Shown in pieces: positions 1-13,384 of a DNA stretch of 64,000 nt. Position 1 is the stretch's first letter, and each line of letters opens with the position of its first letter. Under the pieces are notes generated by a model. That model had not been told where the DNA came from and ran no database searches. It worked only from the letters and a program-made list of their open reading frames with translations. The stretch comes from Thermoanaerobaculia bacterium (GTDB taxonomy: Bacteria > Acidobacteriota > Thermoanaerobaculia > UBA5066 > Gp7-AA6): positions 9,274 to 73,273 of the forward strand of contig DASXSX010000006.1 of the NCBI GenBank assembly GCA_036505815.1, in the 5' to 3' direction. The translations under genes and the position numbers were made by a program.

Positions 1-92
1 AGTAGGTAGGTGGTTGCGCGTTTGCCATGGGATGGTGCGTAACGGCCGTTTGCTCTCTCCCGGACGGCGTCGAGCCGTCCGCTAAAAACGCG

Positions 93-827
93 TTACTTCA
101 GGGTAAACACCACGTTCCTGACGAAATACTCCTGCACCGTCAGGTTCCGGTCCCTGAGCAGCTTGGCCTGCGCCGGGGTCATCTCGAACGTGCCGGCGTG
201 CTCGCCCGAAGCGGCGGTTAGAACGATTTCGACCGATACAGGACGTCCCCGCTCCGCGGCCTCCGTTATAGCGCGCGCTGCCGCCGAGAGCGTGTTGAAG
301 ACAGCCTGTTCGGAGTTTGCGGTCCCGACGAGACGCGTCCTTCCGCGGTAATTCGCCATCCGGAACTGGCTGATCCCCGTCTCTTCAAAAATGCGGGAAA
401 AGGTCGACTGGACGATCGGATCGACCGACCCGGACGTCTCGGGGGCCGCTCCCACCGACGCGTTGGCGGGCGGGGCGCCCGGCGTGGGAAGCCCGAGATG
501 CTCCCTCCGCTGCCGGACCAGCGACTGGAGGCCGCCTTTCGACTGCGGAATCGGGGTCGGAGGCTGGAAAACCTTCTCCTGAGGCGATTCGATCGCGATG
601 ACGTTCCCGAAGTTCTCCCTGTTGTATTTCTCTGTTCCGGGCACGTCGATCTTGTCGAGGTCGAGCTGGGTCACCGTGCCGTTCTCAAGCGTGATGATCG
701 CGCGCGTGCCTTTGACCGTGTAGGGCACGCGCGCGAAGACGAGCGAGCCGTCCTTCAGCTTGACGACGTAGGCAAGGAGCGCGGGCGCGATGATGAGAAG
801 GGCGAGGAGCGCGAACGCGGTGCGCAT
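93..827 (-). CDS. Hypothetical membrane-anchored protein. It has one N-terminal TM helix (MRTAFALLALLIIAPALLAYV) followed by a conserved ~60-aa core (VKLKDGSLVFARVPYTVKGTRAIITLENG...). It is a paralog of the adjacent 907..1398 gene.
   Basis: ORF 93..983 trimmed to the internal ATG at 827 (frame-consistent); the hydrophobic N-terminus begins there. The residues upstream of this Met are Arg/Pro-rich. The core is near-identical to the neighbouring ORF. Confidence 0.5.
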   Translation of the reverse strand: MRTAFALLALLIIAPALLAYVVKLKDGSLVFARVPYTVKGTRAIITLENGTVTQLDLDKIDVPGTEKYNRENFGNVIAIESPQEKVFQPPTPIPQSKGGLQSLVRQRREHLGLPTPGAPPANASVGAAPETSGSVDPIVQSTFSRIFEETGISQFRMANYRGRTRLVGTANSEQAVFNTLSAAARAITEAAERGRPVSVEIVLTAASGEHAGTFEMTPAQAKLLRDRNLTVQEYFVRNVVFTLK

Positions 828-906
828 CGGCGAAGGCGAGCGGCGGGCGCGCCGCGGTTGGAAGGGCCGTTTCACCGAAGAATTGATATCACGCCGATCG
901 AGATCG

Positions 907-1398
907 TCATGGACTCGAAGGTGACCCCGAACGAGGTCCGTCTCGTCGTGCAATCTGTTGAAAACTTCGGACTGCGGGTCCACCCCGCAGGACGGGAACG
1001 GCGGACTGCCCCGAGTCCGACGGCACTGAAACGGACCGTGTCGCCCGACCGGGGAGCTGCAACGCCTTCTTCTGCGGTGTGGTGATCGCGATCACGTTCC
1101 CGTAGTTTTCGCGGTTGTACTTCTCGGTGCCCGGCTCGTCGACTTTGTTGAGCGGGATCTGCGTGACGACTCCATTCTCGAGCGTGATGATCGCCCGCGT
1201 CCCCTTGACCGTGTACGGCACGCGCGCGAAGACGAGCGAGCCGTCCTTCAGCTTGACGGCGTAGACGCGGGCGAAGAGCGCCGGCGCGACGAGCAGGAGA
1301 CCGAGAAGCGCGAGGGCGAGGGGGACCAAATAAGGTCGACGGAGACCGTCGAGTCCGAGGAGCGCCGCCTTCCAGGGATCGTGATTTCTCCTTCCCAT
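907..1398 (-). CDS. Hypothetical membrane-anchored protein, tandem paralog of 93..827. It shares a ~95% identical 60-aa core (KLKDGSLVFARVPYTVKGTRAIITLENGVVTQ...GTEKYNRENYGNVIAI).
   Basis: The translation shows a TM helix followed by the conserved core. The DNA at ~1141-1260 is near-identical to ~661-780. Confidence 0.45.
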   Translation of the reverse strand: MGRRNHDPWKAALLGLDGLRRPYLVPLALALLGLLLVAPALFARVYAVKLKDGSLVFARVPYTVKGTRAIITLENGVVTQIPLNKVDEPGTEKYNRENYGNVIAITTPQKKALQLPGRATRSVSVPSDSGQSAVPVLRGGPAVRSFQQIARRDGPRSGSPSSP

Positions 1399-1553
1399 GT
1401 GGAACCCGCGCTGCGAGAACCGTGCCGCGCGTTCCGCTCAGGCGCCTGCCTCCATCGCGTGACGGATCACCTCGGCCGGCTGGAGCGCGCGCCGGTCGGT
1501 TCCCTGCCCGATCTGCTAGGGCAGCTGAAGCCGTCCGCCACCGGGCGCTTCGA

Positions 1554-1582
1554 TTGACAGGGCTTGTTCACTTACAAATGAT
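1554..1582 (+). promoter_or_regulatory. Candidate sigma70-type promoter for the DAHP synthase gene. It has a perfect -35 TTGACA (1554-1559), a 17-nt spacer and a -10-like AATGAT (1577-1582). This would give a near-leaderless transcript, since the ATG is at 1592.
   Basis: Read directly from the sequence. The -10 is a weak 4/6 match. Confidence 0.25.
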
Positions 1583-1591
1583 AGCACCCCG

Positions 1592-2605
1592 ATGCTGATC
1601 GTCATGGACGCCGCGGCCACCGCGGACGACGTTCGCCGGGTCGTCGAGGCGGTCGAAGGCCTGGGTCTCCAGGCTCACGCCATCCCCGGCGCGCAGCGGA
1701 CGGCAATTGGTGTCACCGGAAACCGCGGCTCGGTCGAATCCGCGTCATTCGAGAACCTGCCCGGCGTCGCCGAGGTGATCCCAGTCACAGCCCCGTACAA
1801 GCTCGTCTCTCGCGAGGCGAAGCGCGAGGATACGGTCGTCTCGATCGGCGGGGTGCCGGTGGGCGGGCCGCGCGTCGCGGTCGTCGCGGGGCCGTGCGCC
1901 GTCGAGTCGGAAAAGCAGGCTCTGGACATCGCGCGGGAGGTCTGCGCCGCCGGCGCGACGCTGTACCGCGGCGGAGCGTTCAAGCCGCGCACCTCACCGT
2001 ACTCGTTTCAGGGCCTCGGCGAGGCCGGACTGAAGATCCTCGCGAAAGTTCGCGATGAGACGGGTCTCCCGATCGTCACGGAAGTCCTCGACACCGAGGA
2101 CGCCGAGCTGGTCGCCGATTACGCGGATTGCCTCCAGATCGGAGCCCGGAACATGCAGAACTTCGCGCTCCTGAAGAAGGTGGGTCGCATGCGCAAGCCC
2201 GTGCTGTTGAAGCGCGGCATGTCGGCGACCATCGAGGAGTTTCTGCTGTCTGCCGAGTACGTTCTCTCCGAGGGAAACTACGAAGTCGTCCTCTGCGAGC
2301 GGGGCGTGCGGACATTCGCGAACCACACGCGAAACACGCTGGACCTCTCGGTGATCCCATACGTCAAGCGCATCTCGCACCTGCCCATCCTCGTGGACCC
2401 CTCGCACGGCACGGGCAAGCGCCTGAAGGTCTTGCCGATGTCGCGTGCGGCGGTCGCGGCGGGAAGCGACGGACTCCTGATCGAAGTGCACGACCATCCC
2501 GAGCTCGCTCTCTCCGACGGGCCGCAGGCGCTGCTGCCCGAGATGTTCGCTCAGCTCATGGCGGAGGTGCGCCTGCTCGCGCCGGTCGTCGGGCGAACCG
2601 CTTGA
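1592..2605 (+). CDS. 3-deoxy-7-phosphoheptulonate (DAHP) synthase, type I-beta (KDO8P/DAHP synthase family), with an N-terminal ~70-aa regulatory (ACT/FL-like) extension.
   Basis: 337-aa translation with a catalytic core (GPCAVES...[20 protein letters not shown]...LVDPSHG) preceded by a short regulatory domain, as in Thermotoga/Bacillus-type DAHPS. The stop overlaps the carA TTG start by 4 nt. Confidence 0.75.
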   Translation: MLIVMDAAATADDVRRVVEAVEGLGLQAHAIPGAQRTAIGVTGNRGSVESASFENLPGVAEVIPVTAPYKLVSREAKREDTVVSIGGVPVGGPRVAVVAGPCAVESEKQALDIAREVCAAGATLYRGGAFKPRTSPYSFQGLGEAGLKILAKVRDETGLPIVTEVLDTEDAELVADYADCLQIGARNMQNFALLKKVGRMRKPVLLKRGMSATIEEFLLSAEYVLSEGNYEVVLCERGVRTFANHTRNTLDLSVIPYVKRISHLPILVDPSHGTGKRLKVLPMSRAAVAAGSDGLLIEVHDHPELALSDGPQALLPEMFAQLMAEVRLLAPVVGRTA

Positions 2606-3702
2606 ACGGCCTGCTCGTCCTCGAAGACGGGAGCTGCTGGAAGGGCGAGGCGATCGGCCGCCCCGGGACGTCCTTCGGCGAGATCGTCTTCAACACGGCG
2701 ATGACCGGGTACCAGGAGGTCTTGACCGACCCTTCCTACGCGGGACAGATCGTCGTGATGACCGCCGCTCACGTCGGCAACTACGGAGTGCGCGCTTCGG
2801 AAGCGGAGTCAGAGCGCGTTCACGTCGCCGGATTCGTCGCCCGGGATTTCCCGGAGCGCTGGAGTGGCGCGGGGGGAGAGGAGAGTCTCGCCGATTACCT
2901 CGAACGCGAAGGGGTCGTCGGGCTGCACGGCCTCGACACGCGCGCGCTCGTGCGCCGCATCCGGTCGGAAGGGGCGATGCGCGCCGGCGTCTCGACGGAG
3001 ATCGGCGATCCGGAGGACCTCCTCGCCCGCGTCCGCGAGTCGCCGCCGATGATCGGGAGCGATCTGGCGCTCTCGGTCTCTCCCGCGGTGACGTCCGAGT
3101 TTCCTCCGCGAGGGACCCGCGAGCTGTTTCGGGTTGCCGCGATCGACTATGGGATGAAGAGGAACATCATCCGGCTCCTGACCGCGGCCGGCTGCCGCGT
3201 GAAGGTCTATCCGGCGACGGCCGCGGCCGAGCGTGTTCTCGAGGACGATCCGGACGGCATCTTTCTCTCCAACGGACCGGGCGACCCGTCCGCCCTGCCC
3301 GGGCCGATCCGGACGATCGAACGGCTCGTGCCACAGAAGCCGATTTTCGGGATCTGCCTCGGCCACCAGCTTCTCGGGCTCGCCCTGGGGGGAGCGACGT
3401 TCAAGCTCAAGTTCGGACATCGCGGCGCCAACCATCCGGTGCAGGACGTCGGGACGGGCGCCGTCGCGATCACATCCCAGAACCACGGCTTTGCGGTGGA
3501 GGCGACCACTCTGTCCGCGGAAATCGAGTCGACGCACGTCAACCTGAACGACGGCACGCTCGAGGGCTTCCGGCATCGGACGCTTCCGATTCTCGCGGCG
3601 CAGTTCCATCCCGAGGCGTCGCCCGGCCCCCACGACGCGAACGTGCTGTTCGAACGGTTCATCGGCGAGATGGAGAAGAGGCGCCTTCGGGAGGCGCGGT
3701 GA
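2602..3702 (+). CDS. carA: Carbamoyl-phosphate synthase small (glutamine amidotransferase) subunit.
   Basis: N-terminus [19 protein letters not shown]... and GATase motifs (GICLGHQLL, ...HPE). A TTG at 2602 is in frame and overlaps the DAHPS stop (TTGA). The ORF-track start at 2128 is an upstream read-through. Confidence 0.85.
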   Translation: MNGLLVLEDGSCWKGEAIGRPGTSFGEIVFNTAMTGYQEVLTDPSYAGQIVVMTAAHVGNYGVRASEAESERVHVAGFVARDFPERWSGAGGEESLADYLEREGVVGLHGLDTRALVRRIRSEGAMRAGVSTEIGDPEDLLARVRESPPMIGSDLALSVSPAVTSEFPPRGTRELFRVAAIDYGMKRNIIRLLTAAGCRVKVYPATAAAERVLEDDPDGIFLSNGPGDPSALPGPIRTIERLVPQKPIFGICLGHQLLGLALGGATFKLKFGHRGANHPVQDVGTGAVAITSQNHGFAVEATTLSAEIESTHVNLNDGTLEGFRHRTLPILAAQFHPEASPGPHDANVLFERFIGEMEKRRLREAR

Positions 3703-4943
3703 AATCGCTCGCGCTGGAGGTCGCTCTGGCGTACCTCCGGGCGCGGTCGTCCCGGCTCGTGTCGTCGGTGTCGCTTCTCTCGATCGCCGGAATCGGCTTG
3801 GGCGTCGCCGCCCTGGTCGTGGCGATGGGACTCCTGTCGGGCTATCAGAGAGAGATCCGCGAGAACCTGATCGGCGCGAATGCCGAAGTGGTGCTCTTCC
3901 CGCTGTCGACCGCGGCCGAAGCGAATCCGTCCGCGGCGGAACGTCGCGTCGCTTCCGTGCCGCGGGTTCGCGCGACCGCGCCCGTGGTCTACCAGTCGGG
4001 CCTCGCGGCCTCCGCCGCCACGCCGGACGGAACCGACGTCGTCCTGAAGGGAATCGAGCCATCGACCGAGCGGCGCGTGTCGAGGCTCGACGCATACCTG
4101 CCCGATGCCGAGCGGATCTTCACGCGCGGCTCCGCGGGGGCGCCGCCGGGCGTCGCGATCGGCGTGGAGCTGGCGCGTCTCCTCGACGTGCGGGAGGGGG
4201 ACACGATCGTCCTCTCGGTGCCCGACAACACGCCGGGCGCTTCAGCGCTTGTCGCGCGCAGCGCTCCGTTTCGCGTCGCCCGGATTTTTCGGACGAACTT
4301 CTACGAGTCCGACTCCGGCCTGGTCTTCCTGGAACGCGGCGTCCTGCGCAAGCTCGCGCACATGGAGGGGGAAGCGAACGTGATCGAGATCGAGCTCGAC
4401 ACGATCCGCGACACGGAAGGGGCGGCACGCGCGATCGCGAAGGCGGCGGGGAAGGAGTACTCGGTCACCGACTGGAGGTCTCTCAACACCGGACTCTTTT
4501 CCGCGCTGCGAATCCAGCAGACGACGCTTTTCTTCGTCATCGGGCTGATCGTCGCTGTGTCGACGTTCAACATCGTCGCGACCCTCGTCATGACCGTGAA
4601 GGAGAAGAAGCGCGACATCGGGGTGCTGACCGTGCTCGGAGCGGAACCGAGGTTCTTCTCCCGGGTGTTCCTGCTGCTCGGCGCTCTCCTGGGCGGGGCC
4701 GGCGTCGGGGCGGGGATCGCGTTCGGTGCTCTCGTGTGCTGGGTGATGACGGCCTTCCGCCTGCTCCACTTTCCACCGGGAGTCGCCGAGATCTACTTCG
4801 TGTCGTTCATCCCGTTTCTGGTCCGACCGCTCGACCTGGCCGAAATCATCGGCTTCTCGGCGCTGGTCATCCTGCTCGCATCATGGTTTCCGGCACGGCG
4901 CGCGGGACGCGTGGACATCGCCGAGGCGCTTCGGTACGAGTAG
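3699..4943 (+). CDS. FtsX-family ABC transporter permease (LolC/LolE / MacB-like; MacB periplasmic domain plus FtsX 4-TM).
   Basis: 414 aa. The N-terminus is LolC/E-like (LALEVALAYLRARSSRLVSSVSLLSIAGIGLGVAALVVAMGLLSGYQ) and the C-terminus is an FtsX membrane domain. GTG start overlaps the carA stop (GTGA). No ABC ATPase gene is adjacent. Confidence 0.7.
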   Translation: MKSLALEVALAYLRARSSRLVSSVSLLSIAGIGLGVAALVVAMGLLSGYQREIRENLIGANAEVVLFPLSTAAEANPSAAERRVASVPRVRATAPVVYQSGLAASAATPDGTDVVLKGIEPSTERRVSRLDAYLPDAERIFTRGSAGAPPGVAIGVELARLLDVREGDTIVLSVPDNTPGASALVARSAPFRVARIFRTNFYESDSGLVFLERGVLRKLAHMEGEANVIEIELDTIRDTEGAARAIAKAAGKEYSVTDWRSLNTGLFSALRIQQTTLFFVIGLIVAVSTFNIVATLVMTVKEKKRDIGVLTVLGAEPRFFSRVFLLLGALLGGAGVGAGIAFGALVCWVMTAFRLLHFPPGVAEIYFVSFIPFLVRPLDLAEIIGFSALVILLASWFPARRAGRVDIAEALRYE

Positions 4944-4994
4944 TCCGAATCGGCTGCCGTATAATCGCGGCAGAGTTCCACGCGACATTCCATC

Positions 4995-6785
4995 GTGGAG
5001 GGATCCATGTTCACTCGGATGGCGAAAGTAGCCGTCATCGCCGGCGGACTTCTGCTCGCCGGCGTTCCTCTCGCGGCGCAATCGTGCGGCGAATGGCTGT
5101 GGGCGAATCCGGCTCCGCAGGGGAACCTGCTCTCCGCGGTCGCATACGGCAACGGCCTTTACGTCGCGGTCGGCCGTGCGGGAACGATCCTTTCGAGCCC
5201 GGACGGCGTCGCCTGGACGCAGGAGATCGCAAATCCCAAAGTGGAGCTCTTCGACGTCCTGTGGAGCGGGTCGCAGTTCGTCGCGGTCGGCCAGGGAGGC
5301 GCGGTCCTGACGAGCTTCGACGGAAAGCTGTGGTCGTTCCGGCGGGCCGGTGTGAACGCGAACCTACAGAAGCTCATCTGGAACGGCGACCTCTTCGTGG
5401 CGGTCGGGGAGGGCGGTCGGATCGTGACGAGCCCGAATGCCCGCGATTGGGCGGACCGGGGATCAGCCGTGCCGAAGACGCTTCGCGACGTCGCCTGGAG
5501 CGGGCGAATGTTCCTCGCGGTCGGCGACAACGGCGCGATCGCAGCGAGCCCGGACGGCGTGACCTGGTCGCGGGCGCCTTTCGAGACGATCGACATGCTC
5601 TCGGCCGTCGCCTGGGACGGCTCACGATTCCTCGTCGAGGGCACCGGATTCCCGACCTACGGTCTCGCGCTGTCGACTTCCGACGGGATCGGCTGGGCAA
5701 GCTACTCGCTCGGCCTGCGGGTGCCGATGAAGTCGCTCGTTTGGACGGGCTCCGAATTTCTCTCGGTCGGTGAAATCGGAACCATCTTCGCGAGTCCGGA
5801 CGGCGTCCACTGGACGCGCCGCTCCTCGCCCACAAGGAGCGATCTCGAAGACCTGGTCTGGAACGGAAGAGAGTTCCTGGCGGTCGGCGGAAAGGGCGTC
5901 GTGATCGCGAGCCCAGACGGCGTCGAGTGGACGACGAGATCGGGCGGAAATCGCAACCCGCTCGCCGGCGTGGCCTGGAACGGATCGGTCTACGTCGCGG
6001 TGGGCGCGTTCGGCACGGTCCTGACGAGTGAGTACGGTGCGAGCTGGACGACACGGGCGACGGAAGCGCAGAGATGGCTCCTCGGAGTCGCGTCCAGCGG
6101 CTCGCGTTTCATCGTCGTCGGGGACCAGGGGATGATCCTCTCGAGCGACGACGGCGCGTCCTGGACTCGCCGCGCTTCCGGCACAACAGAAGTTCTCTAC
6201 GACGTCGCCTGGGACGGTTCCCGGTTCGTGGCGGTCGGCAGCGGCGGCACTGTCCTGTCGAGCTCCGACGGCGCCGCGTGGTCCGCGCCGCTCCGCATCT
6301 ACCCGAACTCGCTTCACCGGTTGCTCTGGACGGGATCTCGGTGGGTCGCGGTGGGCGGGGAAGTCGCCCGATTAATCTTCACGAGCGAGGACGGTACGAC
6401 GTGGACGAATCGTCTCGTGCTCTCCGGCGGGTCGCTAAACGACGTTGCCTACGACGGTCTCCGGTTCGTCGCGGTCGGGTCCGGCGGTCTCGTGTACTCG
6501 AGCGGAGACGGCCTCTCCTGGACTGAAGGGAGCGCCGGGACGGAGCGGGCTCTCTTCTCGGTCGCCTGGAGCGGATCGCGTTTCGTCGCGGTCGGCGAGA
6601 ACGGCGTGCGTGCGGAGAGTCCGGACGGCGTCGCCTGGACGCTGCGCGACTCCGGGACCGAGAACGATCTGTACGGCGTGCGGTTCGCGGGCGGCAATCT
6701 CCTCGCTCTGGGGAAGGCCGGGACGGTGCTGCGCGAGGGCTGCGCGGCGAAGGGTCGGAGCTCTCGCGTGCGCGGGTGGCGGTGA
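4995..6785 (+). CDS. Secreted beta-propeller protein built from ~14 tandem ~40-aa Asp-box-like repeats (x-VAW-G-x-FVAVG-x-G-x-ILTS-x-DG-x-x-WT-x-R).
   Basis: Signal peptide (MFTRMAKVAVIAGGLLLAGVPLAAQS). There are 13-14 recurrences of S-x-D-G-x-x-W, including SSPDGVAWTQ, ASPDGVTWSR, SSDDGASWTRR, TSEDGTTWTNR and ESPDGVAWTLR. The DNA is correspondingly ~120-nt periodic. Confidence 0.7.
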   Translation: MEGSMFTRMAKVAVIAGGLLLAGVPLAAQSCGEWLWANPAPQGNLLSAVAYGNGLYVAVGRAGTILSSPDGVAWTQEIANPKVELFDVLWSGSQFVAVGQGGAVLTSFDGKLWSFRRAGVNANLQKLIWNGDLFVAVGEGGRIVTSPNARDWADRGSAVPKTLRDVAWSGRMFLAVGDNGAIAASPDGVTWSRAPFETIDMLSAVAWDGSRFLVEGTGFPTYGLALSTSDGIGWASYSLGLRVPMKSLVWTGSEFLSVGEIGTIFASPDGVHWTRRSSPTRSDLEDLVWNGREFLAVGGKGVVIASPDGVEWTTRSGGNRNPLAGVAWNGSVYVAVGAFGTVLTSEYGASWTTRATEAQRWLLGVASSGSRFIVVGDQGMILSSDDGASWTRRASGTTEVLYDVAWDGSRFVAVGSGGTVLSSSDGAAWSAPLRIYPNSLHRLLWTGSRWVAVGGEVARLIFTSEDGTTWTNRLVLSGGSLNDVAYDGLRFVAVGSGGLVYSSGDGLSWTEGSAGTERALFSVAWSGSRFVAVGENGVRAESPDGVAWTLRDSGTENDLYGVRFAGGNLLALGKAGTVLREGCAAKGRSSRVRGWR

Positions 6786-6789
6786 GGAA

Positions 6790-6806
6790 GAGCGCCGAGC
6801 ACCGCT
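6790..6806 (+). terminator. GC-rich hairpin (GCCGAGC-ACC-GCTCGGC) immediately after the propeller gene stop. It is a possible intrinsic-terminator stem, but no U-tract follows.
   Basis: Perfect 7-bp inverted repeat seen in the sequence. Confidence 0.2.
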
Positions 6807-7007
6807 CGGCGTAATCAACCCTCTCACCCCGCCCCTCCGGCTCGCTTCGCGAGTCACGCGACCTTCGGTCGCGGTCCGAGCATTCTGTCGGCGTCGCCAG
6901 TCGAGACCACTCCCCCGCGGGGAGAGCGAGTACTCGAGGCGGCGTGCCCGCCCCGCCCACGCCGCGGCGACGCTCTGTTGGCCGCTTATACTTCGCCCGG
7001 CCTCTCG

Positions 7008-10210
<3,203 letters not shown>

Positions 10211-10214
<4 letters not shown>

Positions 10215-12145
10215 GCGCCGTCGCGGAAACGGACCTCGACTTCATCGCGCCTGCAGCTCACCGGCCGGCGACCTCGATCCGGTTTCTCCTCTTCTCACTC
10301 GCGGTCACCGGCAGCGCCGCCGTGCTCGCGGTCGGCTTCCCCCGCGGTGCGCCGGACCGGCTGCCGGTGCTCCTTCTCGCGCTCGCGCTGGCGCTCGACG
10401 CCGTCGCTCGTCCCGCCGCGGCGATTCGCGACTTCTGCTTCGCCTTTCCGGTGGCCGGCTTCTTCGCGAGCCTGTTCGGCGCAGCCGACCCGGTCTCCTG
10501 GCCGGTGCTCCTGTTCGGAGGTCTGGCGGTGGGATGGACGTTCCGGTTTCTCTATGATTTCGAGAGCTTCCCGGATACCTCCCGTCTCGACTCTCCGCTC
10601 CGGTCGCTCGTCTCCGTGTGGGTCCTCGGGGCAGCGGTCGCCGTCGCGAACGCGAAAACGTTGTGGGCCCTTGTCCATCGGCTGACCGGCCGCACGGTCA
10701 ACGGCCAGGGTCTTCCGGAAGCGGCCGCCGTTTCCGAAACCGTGCTCACTCTCGCGATCCTCAGTGCGGGGGCCGCGTTCTTCTTTCTGCTGCGGCGCTC
10801 AGGAGAGGGCGCGCGCGCGAATGCGACGCGGGCCGCTCTGATCGGAACGTCGCTCTCGGCCTGCGTGGCGGTTCTACAGGCGGCCGGACTCGGCCCGTCG
10901 GAGGCGCGCCCGTTCTGGAAGCTGACCGGAAGGCTGTCCGGCGGCGCCACCGACCCCAACGCGCTCGGGATCCTCTGCGGGCTCGCGATCCCGGTCCTCG
11001 TCGCGCAGGTACTCCGCCGCGACCGTCCGGGGTGGACGTTGCCGGCGCTCCTGCCGCTTCCGCTCGGGCTCGCGCTCTCCGGATCGCGGAGCGGATTCTT
11101 GCTCGCCCTCTTCGGCGGCGCCGCGGTCATCGCTCTGGCGCCGATCGGGCGGCGTCTCCGGTCCGCCGTCGCGCTCGCTGCGATCGCGACGCTCGTCGTG
11201 ATGCTCGGGACCGCGCTCGTTCGAGGATCGCGGGGAGACGTGGGGAAGCGGCTCGGGCAGCTCTTCCAGTCGTCGCTGTCGCTCGAGGACCGGGCTTCGG
11301 CGCGGCCGATCCTGTGGCGCTCGGCCCTGCGGCTCTTTGCCGAGTCGCCGATCGAAGGGGGAGGACTCGGCAGCTTCTCGTGGCGCCTGCCGGATCTCGC
11401 GGGAGCGGACCGGGAGCGGCTGGCTCTGCGCGACAACCCGGGAAGCGCCTATCTCCAGGCGCTGGCGGAGACCGGCCTCATGGGTCTCGTATTGATGCTC
11501 GCATTCGTCGTTTCGCTGGGAAGGCAGGCTCTCTCTCGCGCCCGCGACCCGGTCGTCGCCGGAGCAAGCGCGGCCGTGCTCGCATTTCTGCTGGTGCTCG
11601 TCGTCGGCTCGCACTGGTTGGCGCCCGAGGTGGGCTTTCTGTTTTTCCTTCTCTGCGCGGCCGTCGCGTCCAGCGGGGAGCGAAGCCGCGAGATCGGCGC
11701 GCGGTTGCGCGTCGCCCTCGTCGCTCTTTACGCGATTCTGGCGGGACGCGCGGTCTTCGCGACGGCGGATCCGGCGGTGACATTCCGCCATGCAAACCGG
11801 ATCGGCTTCTACGATCGCGAGGTCGGGACGGGAGGTGCTTTCCGCTGGACCCGGCGCCGCTTCGCCCTCCGCGTGGGGCGAGACGCGCCGCAGCGAATCC
11901 TGCTCGCGAACTACTCGCCGGACGGGAAGACGGTCGAGGTCAAGCTTCGCGCGGACGATGGACCGGTCCTCCTCCACCGCAGGCTTCCACCGGGCGCCGC
12001 GACCCGCCTCGCGCTCTGGGCCGGAGGAAAGCCGCGCGTCTTCCGGTTCGAGCTGTCCCGGTCCTTCGTCCCGAAGCGTCTCGGCCTCTCCGACCGGAGG
12101 GAGCTCGGCGTGGTCGCGGTGGTGCCGGAGGACGAGCGGCTCTGA
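10211..12145 (+). CDS. O-antigen ligase / Wzy_C-family polytopic membrane protein with a ~170-aa C-terminal extracytoplasmic extension.
   Basis: Multi-TM protein with the Wzy_C signature (GGGLGSFSW...[19 protein letters not shown]; H/N-x-YLQ-x-L-x-E-x-G). A GTG at 10211 overlaps the carB stop (GTGA). The start is uncertain (GTG/TTG, no in-frame ATG nearby). Confidence 0.55.
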
Positions 12146-12157
12146 TCGAGCCGAGGT

Positions 12158-13333
12158 TCAGCGGGGATATCGCCGCACCCTCTCCCGGTGTGCGGCGAGG
12201 CGCGACTTCACGTCCTCCAGGCGGTCACCGCCCGTCGATTCGAGCAGCGCATCGGCGAGGACGAACGCCAGCATCGCTTCGGCGATGACGCCGCACGCGG
12301 CGACCGCGGTGACGTCGCTCCTCTCGTAGGCCGACCGCGCGGTCACGCCCGTCGCGAGATCCACGGAGTCGAGGCCCTTCGCAAGGGTCGAGAGCGGCTT
12401 CATGTAGGCGACCGCAATCACTTCTTCGCCGTTCGTCACGCCGGCCTCGAGACCTCCGGCGCGATTGCTGCGTCTTCGAAGGTTTCCGTCGCGCCCCCGC
12501 TCGATCTCGTCGTGCGCGAGCGAGCCGAGCCCGCGCGACGCCTCGATCGAAGAACCGAGCTCGACCGCCTTCACGGCGGGAATCGACAGGAGCGCCGCCC
12601 CGATGCGGGAGTCGAGCTTGCGGTCCCAGGAGGCGTACGAACCGAGACCCGCCGGAACGCCCCGCGCGCCCACGAGGATCGAGCCGCCCAACGTCTCGCC
12701 CGCGCGCTTGGCGGAATCGACGGCCGCGACCATCTTCTTCTCGATCGAGGCGTCGATCGCCCGCAGCGGCGAGTCCTCACGGACCTTCTCGAGCGACTCG
12801 AAGGATCGAGGAGAGTTTTCGTCGATCACCGAGCCCAAGGAGAGAACGCCGCTCTTGATCTCGATCCCACACTCGCCAAGCAGCAGCTTGCAGACCGCGC
12901 CCGCCGCGACGCGGGCGGCGGACTCGCGGGCCGAGGCGCGCTCGAGGACGTTTCTCAGGTCTTCCGCGCCGTATTTCATCCCGCCGGCGAGATCCGCGTG
13001 GCCGGGCCGCGGGCGCGTGAGGCGCCGTTGCGCCGAGGCGTCCGGGTCGTTCTCGAGCGGATCCATCACCTTCGACCAGTTGGCGAAGTCCCGGTTCTCG
13101 ATGCCGATCGCGATGGGGGAGCCCAGGGTCATGCTGCCGCGGACTCCACCTTGGAAGAGGGCCCGGTCGCTCTCGATCTTCATCCGCCCGCCGCGTCCGT
13201 AGCCATGCTGGCGGCGCGCGAGGTCGCGGTCCACGAAGTCCGGATCGATGCGAAGCCCGGCGGGTATGCCTTCGAGGATCGCGGTCAGGCGGGGGCCGTG
13301 CGATTCGCCGGCGGTGACAAGTCTTATTGGCAT
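12158..13333 (-). CDS. aroC: Chorismate synthase.
   Basis: MPIRLVTAGESHGP...GRSSARETAARV-like core, 391 aa. Confidence 0.9.
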   Translation of the reverse strand: MPIRLVTAGESHGPRLTAILEGIPAGLRIDPDFVDRDLARRQHGYGRGGRMKIESDRALFQGGVRGSMTLGSPIAIGIENRDFANWSKVMDPLENDPDASAQRRLTRPRPGHADLAGGMKYGAEDLRNVLERASARESAARVAAGAVCKLLLGECGIEIKSGVLSLGSVIDENSPRSFESLEKVREDSPLRAIDASIEKKMVAAVDSAKRAGETLGGSILVGARGVPAGLGSYASWDRKLDSRIGAALLSIPAVKAVELGSSIEASRGLGSLAHDEIERGRDGNLRRRSNRAGGLEAGVTNGEEVIAVAYMKPLSTLAKGLDSVDLATGVTARSAYERSDVTAVAACGVIAEAMLAFVLADALLESTGGDRLEDVKSRLAAHRERVRRYPR

Positions 13334-13384
13334 CGAAGAAATCCTGTCACAAAGGAGCGATGGGCCAGGCAGTTAGACTCCAAA

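Noticed and set aside
2809-4095. Long antisense ORFs, e.g. 2809..4095(-), 6435..8309(-), 8421..10205(-), 9311..10210 part(+), 15360..16409(-), 16979..18433(-), 40556..41686(-), 42293..43930(-), 49905..51782(-), 48815..52009(+)
   Set aside because: Their translations are dominated by Arg/Ala/Pro/Gly with no recognisable domains. They lie antisense to, or out of frame with, strongly supported genes. In a ~70% GC genome stop codons are rare in every frame, so these are expected artefacts.
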